A stretch of 63,777 nucleotides of DNA, counting the filler, from Octopus bimaculoides (taxonomy: Eukaryota): NCBI RefSeq assembly GCF_001194135.2. It is 8 parts of 7 records of this genome, joined end to end, with 100 filler letters (N's around TTAATTAATTAA, not from the genome) between each part and the next. Parts side by side here need not be neighbours in the genome. Positions count along the whole stretch, not along the records: positions 48,084 to 59,842 come from NC_068982.1; positions 59,943 to 63,777 come from NC_068996.1; 6 more parts are not named here. One strand, 5' to 3'. Below, piece after piece: positions 52,488-63,777 of this stretch. Below the pieces are notes generated by a model, which worked only from the letters and a program-made list of their open reading frames with translations, was not told where the DNA came from and ran no database searches. A program made the translations under genes and the position numbers. Numbering within the stretch: the stretch's first letter is position 1; every line of letters begins with the position of its first letter.

Positions 52488-54560
52488 TTCCAAATCAACT
52501 GGAACGACAAAGCCACAAAACCACAGCCCCGTAACATATCTCCCTACAATTTACAAAGCCTTAACTGCAAAAATATCGCAGGGAATAGGCAAACATCTAG
52601 AAGAAAACAACCTGTTTCCAGAAGAGTAGAGGGGATACTGCTAAGGCTCATATTACTGTAAAGATGAGTTATCGTTCAATAAAGCCATAACTGAAGAGAG
52701 CCGAAATCAGAGAAGGGTCTAAGTATGGCTTGGATCGATTATCGAAAGGCTTTTGACAGTATTCCCTACACATAGATCCCGGTAACACTAGCTATGAAAA
52801 AGTTAGCAGCAAAAATGAAATATATAAATCATGCCATGAATAAGTGACAAACAGTATTGCAGCTCCAGACAAAAGAGAAAAACTATAGCTATCTTCATTA
52901 GAAGAGGAATATTCCAAGGAGTCTCGCTCGCTACACTCTTTTACTGCTTGGAAAAGACACCTTTAATTGTCATGCTAAACAGAATTAGATGTGGATACAA
53001 ATGCTACGGTAAAACAATCGACCATCTCTTGTTTATGGATAATCTAAAACTGTATGCTGCAAAGGACAAATAACTGGAAACATTACTACAGACACTGCAT
53101 AGATTTATCAAAGAAATAAACATGAAATTCGGATTAGAAAAATGTGCCAAATCAATCTTGAAAAGAGGAAAATTAGTTAAGATTAATAATACCACACTAG
53201 ATACAGCAAATATAATAAGAGAATTAGACCAAAGCCAGACATATAAATACTTAGGTATCAATTAACAACACATACAAATGAAAGAGAAAGTAAGGAAGGA
53301 ATACGATAGACAAGTTAGAGTAATACGTAACACAGAGCTCAATTCGAAAAACAAGATATTAGATATCAACACTCTATCTGACTCAGTTATAAGTTACAGT
53401 TATAATAATCCTAATGGGACTCTAAATGAACTAACCAAACTAGACAGGAAAACAAAGAAAAAATAATGACAGAATTTAGGATGCACCACCCAAAATCTGA
53501 CATGGAAAGGTTATATCTACAACGAATTGAAAATGGTAGGGGTCTTATACAACGAGAAAAGTATTATAAATAACCACCATAGGATTATAGAAATATTTTA
53601 TTCAGAAGCAACGGAAAGTGATACAAATAGCCACAAAACACGAGCAAAACAAAAGTTCGTTTTATGTCTTTAAGGAACCTGAAATATACAAGAAAGAAGT
53701 GATAGTACCTGACAACTATGAGGAAAAACAAGGAACCAAGAAAATTTGTAAAACAACTGAAAACCAAACTAAAACTTGAACAACAAAATACCATGATAAA
53801 GCAATGGCAAGAAAAGCCATTACATGACAATTACTGGGATAAACTAAACAGAAAATAAATACACAACGTAGAAATCCCAAGAATTGTTGAGAAGTCCAGG
53901 ATTCAAAGTAGAAACTGAAATATTTTTAATTGCAGTACAAGATCAAAACTTATCCCACCAGAAAACACCAGAAACACATAATGAGGAAAAATGCAATAAG
54001 TAACTGCAGAATATGTGGTGATGAGGAAGAAACAATAAATCACATTGTCTCTGGTTGTCCAGTCCTGGTTAAGAAGGAATATATTCACAGACATGACAGA
54101 GTTGGTACTTATATACATTGGAAACTATGCCATGACAATGGAATGAAAACAGACAAAAATGATATAGGCACACCCCAAAAAAAGGTCTCAGAAAATGAGA
54201 AAGTAATCATATTCTGGGATATGCCAATGCACACAGATAGAGTATTCAAGGTTAATAGACCGCATATAGTTGTCAGAGATCACCAAAAAATGCTTTCTAA
54301 TTGATGTATCAATTCTAACAAATGACAATGTATCTGTAAAAGAAATGGAGAAACTCTCAAAATAGAAAAATCTGGAAATAGAGATAACCTGAATATGAAG
54401 TCTGATAAACAGAAATAATTCCTATAATAATACGTGCATTACTTATGAATAAAAACATTCAGACAAATACCTAACCAAAACAAACTACAGCACATAGCCA
54501 AGGCACACAGAGCTCCTCTCGTAGTACAGAGAAAGCACGTGATAAAAATATGACTACTGA
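52488..54560 (+). mobile_element. 5'-truncated decayed R4/Dong-clade LINE (second family)
   Basis: RT motifs ([13 protein letters not shown]; LFMDNLKLY), CCHC knuckle CRICGDEEETINHIVSGC, RHDRV, and RLE-like NRPHIVV...IDVSI. Confidence 0.88.
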
Positions 54561-54564
54561 ATAA

Positions 54565-55098
54565 TATAAGGGGAGCAGCGCATGCCATCAGAGTGACACT
54601 GGGGTAAGATATATGAAGCCCAGTCAGTATACCCATCATGAATACACGTCTGATATGGGTACACCTGGCATATGCATCACAGCCATATGTGCGTGACAAG
54701 CTGGTCTAATATCAAGATATACAGCGCATGACCTTGCAGGTGGGGCCCAGTTAAAATTTTCCTCAGGTCGAGTAGCCCATAAGGTTTGTTTAAGGATGTT
54801 CAATGAAACACCCATGTTTCCAAGGGTGAATTATTCAAACCTCAAATAATTGTTCTCAACTCATGGCAATGATGCTCCCTCAATACGTCTGTTCATGACC
54901 AGAGATGCACATATCATCAGCCACTAAGGGACATGCTCAACTGGTTAAAGTCAAACAACTGACAAGCAAATGCATGGTATTGAACAGAATATTTGCTGCA
55001 GCCCATCTTATATACCAAGACAAAACAATATACGTGATAACATTTCCAATCAGTTAATATCGGAAGCCATGAGAACCACTGCCTGGTACTGCATCAGC

Positions 55099-55099
<1 letters not shown>
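54565..55099 (+). mobile_element. Non-coding interspersed repeat module ending in (AAT)n
   Basis: About 530 bp without an ORF, between the LINE 3' end (...ctactgaataata) and a long (AAT)n at 55100-55186. I recall it as a common octopus repeat (unverified). Confidence 0.45.
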
Positions 55100-55186
<87 letters not shown>

Positions 55187-55351
55187 CGTGTCTACTTTAG
55201 GTACAAGGCCTGAAATTTTTGGGCAAGGTGGTTTGTCGATTACATGGTCCTCATTGCTCAATTGGTACTTACTTTATCGATCCAGAAAGGATAAAAGGTA
55301 AAGTCAACCCCGGCGGTACAATAGTAATAATAACAATAATAACAATAATAA

Positions 55352-55417
<66 letters not shown>

Positions 55418-55499
55418 CAGCAGCAAAAACAACAACAGCAACAGCAAGAACAAGAAGGTAGGTTAATGAGTAATTAACGAGTATTTAACTTCCTTGCAG

Positions 55500-58400
55500 C
55501 AGTGAGTAAAAAATGGAACTATATTAGAAATACTCGCACAGCAATCTTGTTTATCCAATTCTTTCATTTACCTCTTCAATGTGAAATCAATAGAAATTAA
55601 TAACTTAATGACATTGGGCTTAAGTGCTGCCTGTAACCGTGTATTCTAAAACTTACATATTGTAAATATGCAGCAGAAGATTTTCAAGAAATGCAGAAAA
55701 CACTGTAGAGTACTCAGATTTACTTCAGTCCAGAAATCTATGGTTAATATTTGCTTAACAAACCATTCTATGTTTAAGGATCTCATGAAATGCATTCAAT
55801 GGAATAAAGGAAACTGTTCGCCAGTTAGATTCTTAAGTCATTAGTAATTTGTTTTGAGATGTTTAGTTAACAGACTTTACGGTTCAAGGAGAACATCATT
55901 AATGACCTCTTCAATAGTCTGTTTCTAAAGAGGTGAACAAGTGAAATCATCTCAAACAGACGTTTCTATTTAACAATTTCAGTTTTATTTTTAATATTTC
56001 CTTATGAATATCTGATCCTTGTTTATAGATACATATATCTTGATATTTGTTCAAAATCATTTCCGAGGAATCAATCCACTGCACATATTTTCAGTTTATG
56101 TAGCTGAAGAATAATCAGCAGCATAGAATGGTAAAATGGTAATGGATCTTCTTCCGAGATTTTGAAGAAGCTGAATGTAGCAGCCACATGCCTCTTATCT
56201 TCTAGACAATTTTTAATATAAGTACCACTTGTTTAAAGACCTTTCCTTTCGAAGAACAAGATAATGATAGCTGGTTATGGCTAGAGTATTTGTCAGACGT
56301 TTTTTTGCTTAAACACTTCAACTGTACTTACTAAAATTTCTTAGTATGTAATCTTCAGTCAGCTTTTGATTATTCTGTTGGTGGGACGGAGTTTTCTATC
56401 AACTTACTGAAATTATTACTGAACTACTATTGCCATACATAATTGTGTTATTATGGGCTTCAAAGCAAATCTCAAAATGCAAAAGTTTTTCCGGAAACCC
56501 TACTATATAAAATAGGCGAGGAGATAATGTACCATTTCAGAGAGTTTTAACTTTAATGGGAAGCAAAGCATCATGCGACTCTCTGTTAAAATGTTGGTTT
56601 TGTACAGATGTGATAACGTGAACTATCCCAATAGACAGAGGCTTGCAAGATGATATCATTTATTTTTGCCTCTTGAGAGTGGAATATGGGAAAAGGAAAC
56701 TGTGGGAAGCCTGACCAATGTATAAATGCGCACATACACACACTCACACATTCGCGCGCACACGCACATATACACACACACTCACACATACACTCATATG
56801 ACGTTATAACTTTGAAATTGTTTCAGATTTAGGTACAAAGCCCGTAGTTTTGAGGGGAGGTGGTATGTCGATGCCACCGATACCACTATTTGAATGGTAC
56901 TTTCTTTTATCGACTCCAGAACAGTAGCCGTTAAAGATAATCCCGGTGGTAGTTTAATTTAGAACGTAGAGTGGGAACACATACCGAAAGGCATCTTTCC
57001 CACACACAAACTGTTTTTATTGTTTGTTTTTCTTTAGCTAAGCGACAACAAAGATTTTCACATAACTCTTCCCCATTCACGCCTTTTTTTTTCCGATGAA
57101 CATCCTTTCTGAATATTGACTTCTCATCTTCTCCTTCCTTACAGCATAGTTATATGGGATGAAGGGTCAAATAGATAAGCGGGCAGAATGAATAATATCT
57201 GATATTTTTCTATCTGTTTCAAGTCATTATATTGCAAGTATTGCATCATCGCTTTGCACTGTTGTATCATCTTTGGGAATAAAACATTTTCAGCAAAGTT
57301 GTTGTTAGTGTTATTGTTGTTGAAATTGAAAGTATTTGAAGCATAGTCAGGTGAATGGTAACTTTTTTCAAGAAATTTTTCTCAACTTTAGCGCGATTAT
57401 ATTTGAAGTTGCTAATAAAGCATCTGGATAATTTTAATAAAAATTCTTTTCTTTGTTGGGCTCCAAGTCAATCTTGTTCCACATTACTATCTAATTTCGC
57501 AATGTTCAATTTACAAGAAATTATGTGAATTTGGGGCAGTATGAGTAATGACTTATTTTAACAACCTCTTTTCTTTAACTGCTTGGTGCATAAATATATC
57601 GGGAAGCGAGCCCCTCCAGCAGTTTGTGAAAAAGCTATAGAAAATATTTTATGCTGAGTTTTTAGATTTAGTAAAATTCCATTAATTTCATATCATGTAC
57701 CATTTTTGTATGATCTTCTTTCATTTGACTTAGATATTTTAAATTTTTGTTGTATTTTTTTATCTTTCTAGTGTCTGAGGATGGATATCGATGTGTATCA
57801 ATCCCTTTTCAAATGTAATTCTGGGGAACTGGAAAGTTAAATTTTTATTAATTTAATTTACTTATTTTGTCCAAACTAAACTTTTCTGTTGTATGCTCAA
57901 AGAGAACGGAAATATTTTTTTAATATAGTGTTCCGAATATGTTATATTATTTTTATTGCATTTGGGAAAGGTCATTTGCTTAGCTGGTATAGTTTTTGTA
58001 AGGTAGTGAACATTTGTAAAACATCTTTTTAACTCTAAGTAAAAAATGTATATAATATTACTCATTGTGTCCCCACCACCATTTTCTATTTCTGTCCGAT
58101 GTTTTTAGAATATTTTGTGTCGTTTTGTAGATCACTAGACTCTTTAGATATTCTGAAAATTAAAATAAATTCGTAAATTATGGACATTCTGCTGAATTTT
58201 ATAAAGTTTTCGCGGTTTTTTCGTTCTTAAAATGAAAGACTTTGCCAGCTTTCACGGAATCTTAAAGGTAATCATATTTTCAGCTTCTCCATCAACAATT
58301 TCTAGCACGTTTTGTTACATCAGCAACCAAATGTTATACATCACCATATAACCAGAATTTTCATCTAAATCTATGCGGTTTCCGATGACACCAAACGTAT

Positions 58401-58550
58401 CATTGTTTTGTTTCTTGTCGCTTATGTCAATGACCGCTAGAAGTTTTGTTTAGCTTCTTCTTCTCGATCAGTGTTTTCTTCTGCTTAGTATTTCTTCGTT
58501 ATTTTGCTTCTGGGCAGAGACATTTTTGGGTTAGTTTTTTTTTAGGAAAA
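55500..58550 (-). mobile_element. Heavily decayed RTE-clade LINE ORF2, interrupted by a microsatellite and SINE at 56.7-57.0 kb
   Basis: Minus-strand relics occur in the expected order: APE-like (EEEAKQNF..RSL) near 58.4 kb, then RT-like SLSCSSKGKVFKQVVL, HIQLLQNL...DY, SV*DDFTCSPL*KQTIEEV and TKHLK..NDL at 56.3-55.8 kb. Confidence 0.45.
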
Positions 58551-58599
58551 TGTACTCTCTGAGTGCCTTGGTGACATGTGTCACTGATATTCAATGGAA

Positions 58600-58830
58600 C
58601 TGTAAAGCGGTGAGCTGGCAAAATCGTTAGAACGCTGGGTGCAATGTTTAGCGGAATTTCTTCCGAATTTACGTTCTCACTTCAAATGCTGCCGGGGTTA
58701 ACACGGCCTTTCGTCCCTTTTGGGGTCGATAAAACAAGTACCAGTGAAGCACTGGGGTCGATGTAATCGACTTACCCGCTCCCTTGAACGTGCTGTCTTT
58801 GTGCCAAAATTTGAAACTAATACTCAATGG
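58600..58830 (+). mobile_element. SINE (ggggtcgataaaacaagtacc family)
   Basis: gcggtgagctggcaaaatcgttag head and cggcctttcgtcccttttggggtcgataaaac core. Confidence 0.8.
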
Positions 58831-59727
58831 AATTCTTATTAGTTCATATTTCCGTCAACTTTCCTACAAAATATTTGTTCGTGTATTTCATAAGTATGAA
58901 TACATTTTCTGATGAAAGGAAACACCATGTAAGCCGAAAATGCATTTAGAGACCACGCATCCAGAGAAAAAAGATGACCCTTTGGATACTGATTTTTGTT
59001 TTATTTTTTGATACAAAGTATCCGAAATAATCTCCGAAGTCCAGCACAGTGGCTGTTAGCATGTCACAGAATTGAGACTCGTCACAATTTAGGGCGTCTG
59101 CAACTTTTTAGAATTCCAAACCTAAAAACGAATACAGATGCCCTGAAAAACTATGGAGTTAGTATTTATGTAAAGCATTTCAAGTATCTATACCAAGATA
59201 TGTAGGAAAGATTACTAATCTGTTAATCCTCAGTGTACCAAATAGGATTTTGAATCCATTTGAAGTGCTATCAACCCAACTTGAAGCAGAAGTCATAAAG
59301 AATTCGATTGATCTTCGGTGATATAAACTGAACGCTGTCAGTTGAAGCAGTTTCTATAAAAGTCTGGATCAAAAGCGATCAGCTAAATAAATTTCCAGCA
59401 CTGTAAAATAGCTCATATACTCTATGTATATCACATGCGCTAAGATTTATTTAGTAAAACATTTTTATACCAAAACTTTTCAGTAAAATGTGATTCAGTT
59501 TTTCACTTTGAGAAAACATACACGTATATTTTTGAGGTAAAATTTTTATGTGAAAACATTTTTATTTTATGAAAGCATAATGCTGTATTTTTATTTTCGC
59601 ATATATAGATATATAAGAGAAATAGTTACTTACAATGTTAAAAATTCAAATTGATTTTACTCAAAAGAACTAGAGGTAAAAATCTAACGCATTTTCAACC
59701 CCTTCTTATTTGTCGTATATGTATGTT

Positions 59728-59768
<41 letters not shown>

Positions 59769-59788
59769 ATATATACATCTACGTACTA

Positions 59789-59842
<54 letters not shown>

Positions 59843-59942
59843 NNNNNNNNNNNNNNNNNNNNNNNNNNNNNNNNNNNNNNNNNNNNTTAATTAATTAANN
59901 NNNNNNNNNNNNNNNNNNNNNNNNNNNNNNNNNNNNNNNNNN

Positions 59943-60086
59943 GTCCCGCAGAAATCTCCAATTGTCTTCCACATCGTATGATGCTATATCCCCTTCTATT
60001 TCGTCAAATGCTTCGAGTAACATGTCTCTAAGTCTTCGTCCATTTGCAGGGTCTTTAAGCTTCCACACCCTTCTCCTCCAAGCCGG
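59943..60086 (-). mobile_element. RTE fragment, 136/144 identical to 62233-62376
   Basis: Direct alignment; encodes PAWRRRVWKLKDPANG...NWRFLRD. Confidence 0.85.
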
Positions 60087-60190
60087 CCCGAGGCTATAGT
60101 AGAAGACACTTGCCCATGGTGCCACGCAGTGAGACTGAACCCAGAACCATGTGGTTGGTAAGCAAGCTACTTACCACACAGCCACTCCCG
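60087..60190 (-). mobile_element. SINE 5' half fused to the RTE fragment
   Basis: A ggagtggctgtgtggtaag head running into ...tagcctcggg|ccggcttggagg. Confidence 0.8.
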
Positions 60191-60749
60191 CGCCTATCGT
60201 TGACTTTTCACAATGAAGGAAAAGTCAAACACTGCAAGTGGATATGTGAGAAAAGAATTTGAATTTTGAAATGTGTATCAATAAAGCAACATTTTCAGTC
60301 ATTTATTTAAACTGTCTTTGTAAACTCATCAAATTCAATTACAATGCAATAGATGGGTTTTGAGAATTAAATTTTCTAAATTTCGAAGATTTCAATTCTT
60401 GTGTATGAGGGGATCTCTGAATTCAAAGTGTCCCAGGCGTTACATGATTTAAATCTGGTCTTGTGCAGGAGCACCACCTTCAAAGGTTTTTGGCCAAACA
60501 AACTGACCACCACCACCTTTTTGTAAACAGGCCAACACTAGTTTTCAAGTGTTGGTGGGAGACAAACCCAAACATAAAGATATATATTTATGATAGAAAA
60601 TATAATTAATGACATTCTTTATTTAAAAGCGCTGCAATTGTTTTGACACATTATTATACCTTTAGTACATTGGTGAGATGAGTAATCATTGTTGCACATT
60701 CAAAGTGTAAAATCTGCATACTTAGGTGTTGTTTAAGTCCTTTGTTATA

Positions 60750-60970
60750 TTCTTATTTCTTTATTGATCACAAGGGGCTAAATGTAGAGGGGACAAACAA
60801 GGACAGACAAAGGAATTAAGTCAACCCTAGTGCGTAACTGGTACTTAATTTATCGACCCCGAAAGGATGAAAGGCAAAGTCGACCTCGGCGGAATTTTAA
60901 CTCAGAATGTAAAGACAGACGAAATACCTCTAAGCATTCCGCCCTGAGTGCTAACGTTTCTGCCAGCTCA
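60750..60970 (-). mobile_element. SINE (gtcgacctcggcgg family)
   Basis: Collinear with 16895-17115 and 39597-39774. Confidence 0.85.
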
Positions 60971-61166
60971 CTATCCTTTATTATATTCTCTTGTTATACT
61001 ATCTTGCCATGTCACGCAATGTAGGAATACTGAGTATACATTATCAAACTGAATGAAATAACCTAAAAATCTAACAAAAGATTTAATCAAAAGACTGAAG
61101 TAAAAAGATATCTTCAAATTATGTGTAGAAAACAAGTTCATTACCTCTCACTCATGCCTATAATCA

Positions 61167-61236
<70 letters not shown>

Positions 61237-61239
61237 GCT

Positions 61240-61660
61240 TTTGTGTCTGCTCGTTGTCACCAGCAGAGACGAACTCTCTGAACTTTGCCGAGTAGCATTC
61301 ACCCCACTACTGACTTGGTTACCTAGATAACAGAAGCTATCAACTACTTCTAGTTTTTCCCACTGGCCTGCACATTTCCAGTGTTTATTGCCCCTGAGCA
61401 TTTGCCACACACAAAAACTATCTTCCCAGTTAGCCTTCCTTTGATATTGCTGCACCTTTTGTGTTCATAGCTTACACCAGGTACATCTTGTGGAGTTTCT
61501 ACAGATCAAGCAGGGCCATCTACCTGAAGGGAGTTGTAACTTGTCTGCCTTCCTACATATTAAGGCTTTGGTTTTTGCTAGGTTGACTCTATGACCCTTC
61601 AATTGTAGACCTTGATTCCACACCTGAAACTTCTCCTCTAATTCTGACAGTGACTCATTG
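61240..61660 (-). mobile_element. RTE-clade LINE RT C-terminal fragment
   Basis: Translates as ELEEKFQVWNQGL...RVNLAKTK...WPCLIC...CGKC...KLEVVDSFCYLGNQVSSG. Confidence 0.8.
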
Positions 61661-62227
61661 AAACGTGGTCGATGCCAGCCCCTCGTTCTGAGACACTAGC
61701 CTTGTTCTGAGCTACACGGTAGAAGTTCTAGCTATATATTGCATAGTAATATGTGAGTCGACTTGCACAACAGACGAATTTCTCGATGAGGCATCTAGCC
61801 TCTCTTTGATACATTAGCCTCGCTTTGTTTAATACATTAACCTCGTTCAGAGACACTAGCCTCGTTCTGAGCTACACTGTAGAAACAATCTCAGTTCCTG
61901 CCAGGTTTCGGTCAAAGATACCTGTCTTCTCTGTAGCTCCACACGCAAGTCTCCCACGTGCGACTCACATGTCTATTCACCTCGACACAAGACATGGTTC
62001 GTAAACGAAGATATTTTATTGCACACACATTTTCAAAATGACTGTCCTCATTACACACATGCATACATACTGTAACATGAATATTATGTTACTTCTTTCA
62101 GTGCAAAAGCAAAAATCAAAACTTTCTTTGATTTTTGCTGTATGTAAACACACCTGTTTTAGTATCATACTACATGCTTCCACCACAAAAGGTGAACACA
62201 GAATAAATAATATATTGATACACAAAA

Positions 62228-62890
62228 ATGTTGTCCCGCAGAAATCTCCAATTGTCTTCCACGTTGTATGATGCTATATCCCCTTCTATTTCGTTAAATG
62301 CTTCAAGTAACTTGTCTCTAAGTCTCTGTCCATTTGCAGAGTCTTTAAGCTTCCACACCCTTCTCCTCCAAGCCGGTCTACTTCTGGGCACCCATTTTGC
62401 CTTTGATCCCGAAGTCGCTAACTACTAATCTATGTTGTGGCGTACATTCTTCGCCAGGGAAGGTTTTGGCATTTATAAACCGCCCTCTTTCCCTATTTCT
62501 GGCGAGGATGTAGTCGATTTGGCTAGAGTGTCTGCCGGATCGGTAGGTGACTAGGTGACAGGCAGGTTTCCTGAAGTTGGTATTGCAGACCATAAGATCG
62601 GTTGCATCACAGAACTCCAGCAGTCTGGTTCCCTCCTCGTTGTGGGAACCGAAGCCATAGCCTCCATGTATGCCATGGAAGCCTCCAGCACGACGTCCGA
62701 CATGACCATTGAAGTCCCCAGCCACGAAGAGAAGGTCCCTGTCACTCGTCGACGAGGTAGTTTGCAAGAGGGTGTCATAGAATTGGTCTTTCAGCCCATC
62801 CGGGAGCCCCGGTTAAGGGGCATAGGCTGAGATGACAGTAGCTAATCCATGCTGAAGCACTAGTCTAATCTTAAGTACTCTGTCTGTCAC
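62228..62890 (-). mobile_element. RTE-clade LINE APE endonuclease fragment
   Basis: ISAYAP...QFYDTL...VAGDFNGHVG...GYGFG..NEEGTRLLEFC...NTNF...TYRSG..SSQIDYIL...QHRLVV are typical RTE APE motifs. Confidence 0.9.
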
Positions 62891-63041
62891 ATACTCTAAC
62901 TACCTCGATTACCTTGTTAACACATAAGCGCATGTGCGTGTGTATTGTGTGTCATAAATTAATAGTTAGTTGCAGGTATAGTAGAAAGTGGGTTATACAT
63001 CTTTAGACGTATACCTGACTTTCCTACTATAAACTTAGAAT

Positions 63042-63353
63042 ATAACGGAACGCTGAACTCCAGGCTATCAACTTAAACAACACTTTATTTAGGTGGTAAA
63101 TATATACATCTTTAGTTCTTGTTGTTACAGCTTCTGTTGTTGGGACGTTGTTATGTAGGTGTGAGCGAGCTGTCGAGCGTAAGTCCGAAAGATGTAGAGA
63201 GACAGCTTAACACGTAAAGAGGCTGTCTCCAGAGTTCGAATGTTAGAGACACTCTTGACACGTCCATTGCTCTATGCTGGCCAGCAAGAAAGAGAATGAA
63301 TTGAGCTGGAACGCTTGGTTGTTTAATTCTACGCATGCGCACGGCGTTACTAC
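63042..63353 (-). mobile_element. Possible solo LTR
   Basis: The minus strand begins TGTAGTAACG and ends CGTTATA, with AATAAA near the 3' end. No target-site duplication found. Confidence 0.25.
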
Positions 63354-63694
63354 ACAGGCATAGCAGTATAATAAGTAAGTTGAATAAAGGCAGGCTGCGT
63401 ACAGTGAGAGACTATGAAATCGAAATTGCTGATTTCAATATGAAGTGAAAATCAGGCAAGTGTTTTTAATTGTTAAAACTGTATGAATAATGCTTTTGAT
63501 GGTTGTTAAATATATAGTTTTTAATTGTATATTAGTATCAGTAATTATTTTTAAAATCCGTTTTTTTCCCTTTTCTTATTGGAATTTTTGCTTTGATTTT
63601 TCATTTCTTACATTGATCTGTTTGTCGTTTCTACAGTCTCTAGCATAGTTAAAGTATGTACCGCCAGACCCCACAAAATCATATGCCTACAGCA

Positions 63695-63758
63695 GACCCA
63701 AAACAGCCGCCCGGGGCGGACCGCCCCTACATCACCCACACCCCTAGCTACGCTAGTG
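63695..63758. mobile_element. hAT-like DNA transposon terminus
   Basis: The reverse complement CACTAGCGTAGCTAGGGG...GGGGCGGTCCGCCCCGGGCGG resembles CAGTGGCGTAGCTAG-type hAT ends. Confidence 0.5.
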
Positions 63759-63777
63759 CCTACAGCGTGCTAGAATT

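Overview
AT-rich, microsatellite-dense eukaryotic DNA with many N gaps. The SINE/LINE content and repeat style most resemble a coleoid cephalopod (octopus-like), which is an inference. Seven identical 100-bp spacers (44 N + TTAATTAATTAA + 44 N) are artificial joins, so the window is eight concatenated pieces whose adjacency is unverified. No intact protein-coding gene is recognisable. The content is mostly transposon-derived: many tRNA-derived SINEs, decayed R4/Dong-, RTE- and L1/Tx1-type LINEs, a full-length decayed pogo/Tigger element with TIRs and TA duplications, a maT/mariner-type transposase fragment, MITEs and hAT ends. A few short exon-like segments lie on both strands in the 25.5-28.7 kb piece. 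The strongest unexpected signal is a type I hammerhead ribozyme fold on the minus strand (10612-10678), with an intact catalytic core, inside a direct-plus-inverted repeat structure like a Penelope pseudo-LTR or retrozyme. Other notable signals are weaker hammerhead-like remnants, several small-loop foldbacks, and a head-to-tail stack of R4/Dong-like modules each ending in (AAT)n.
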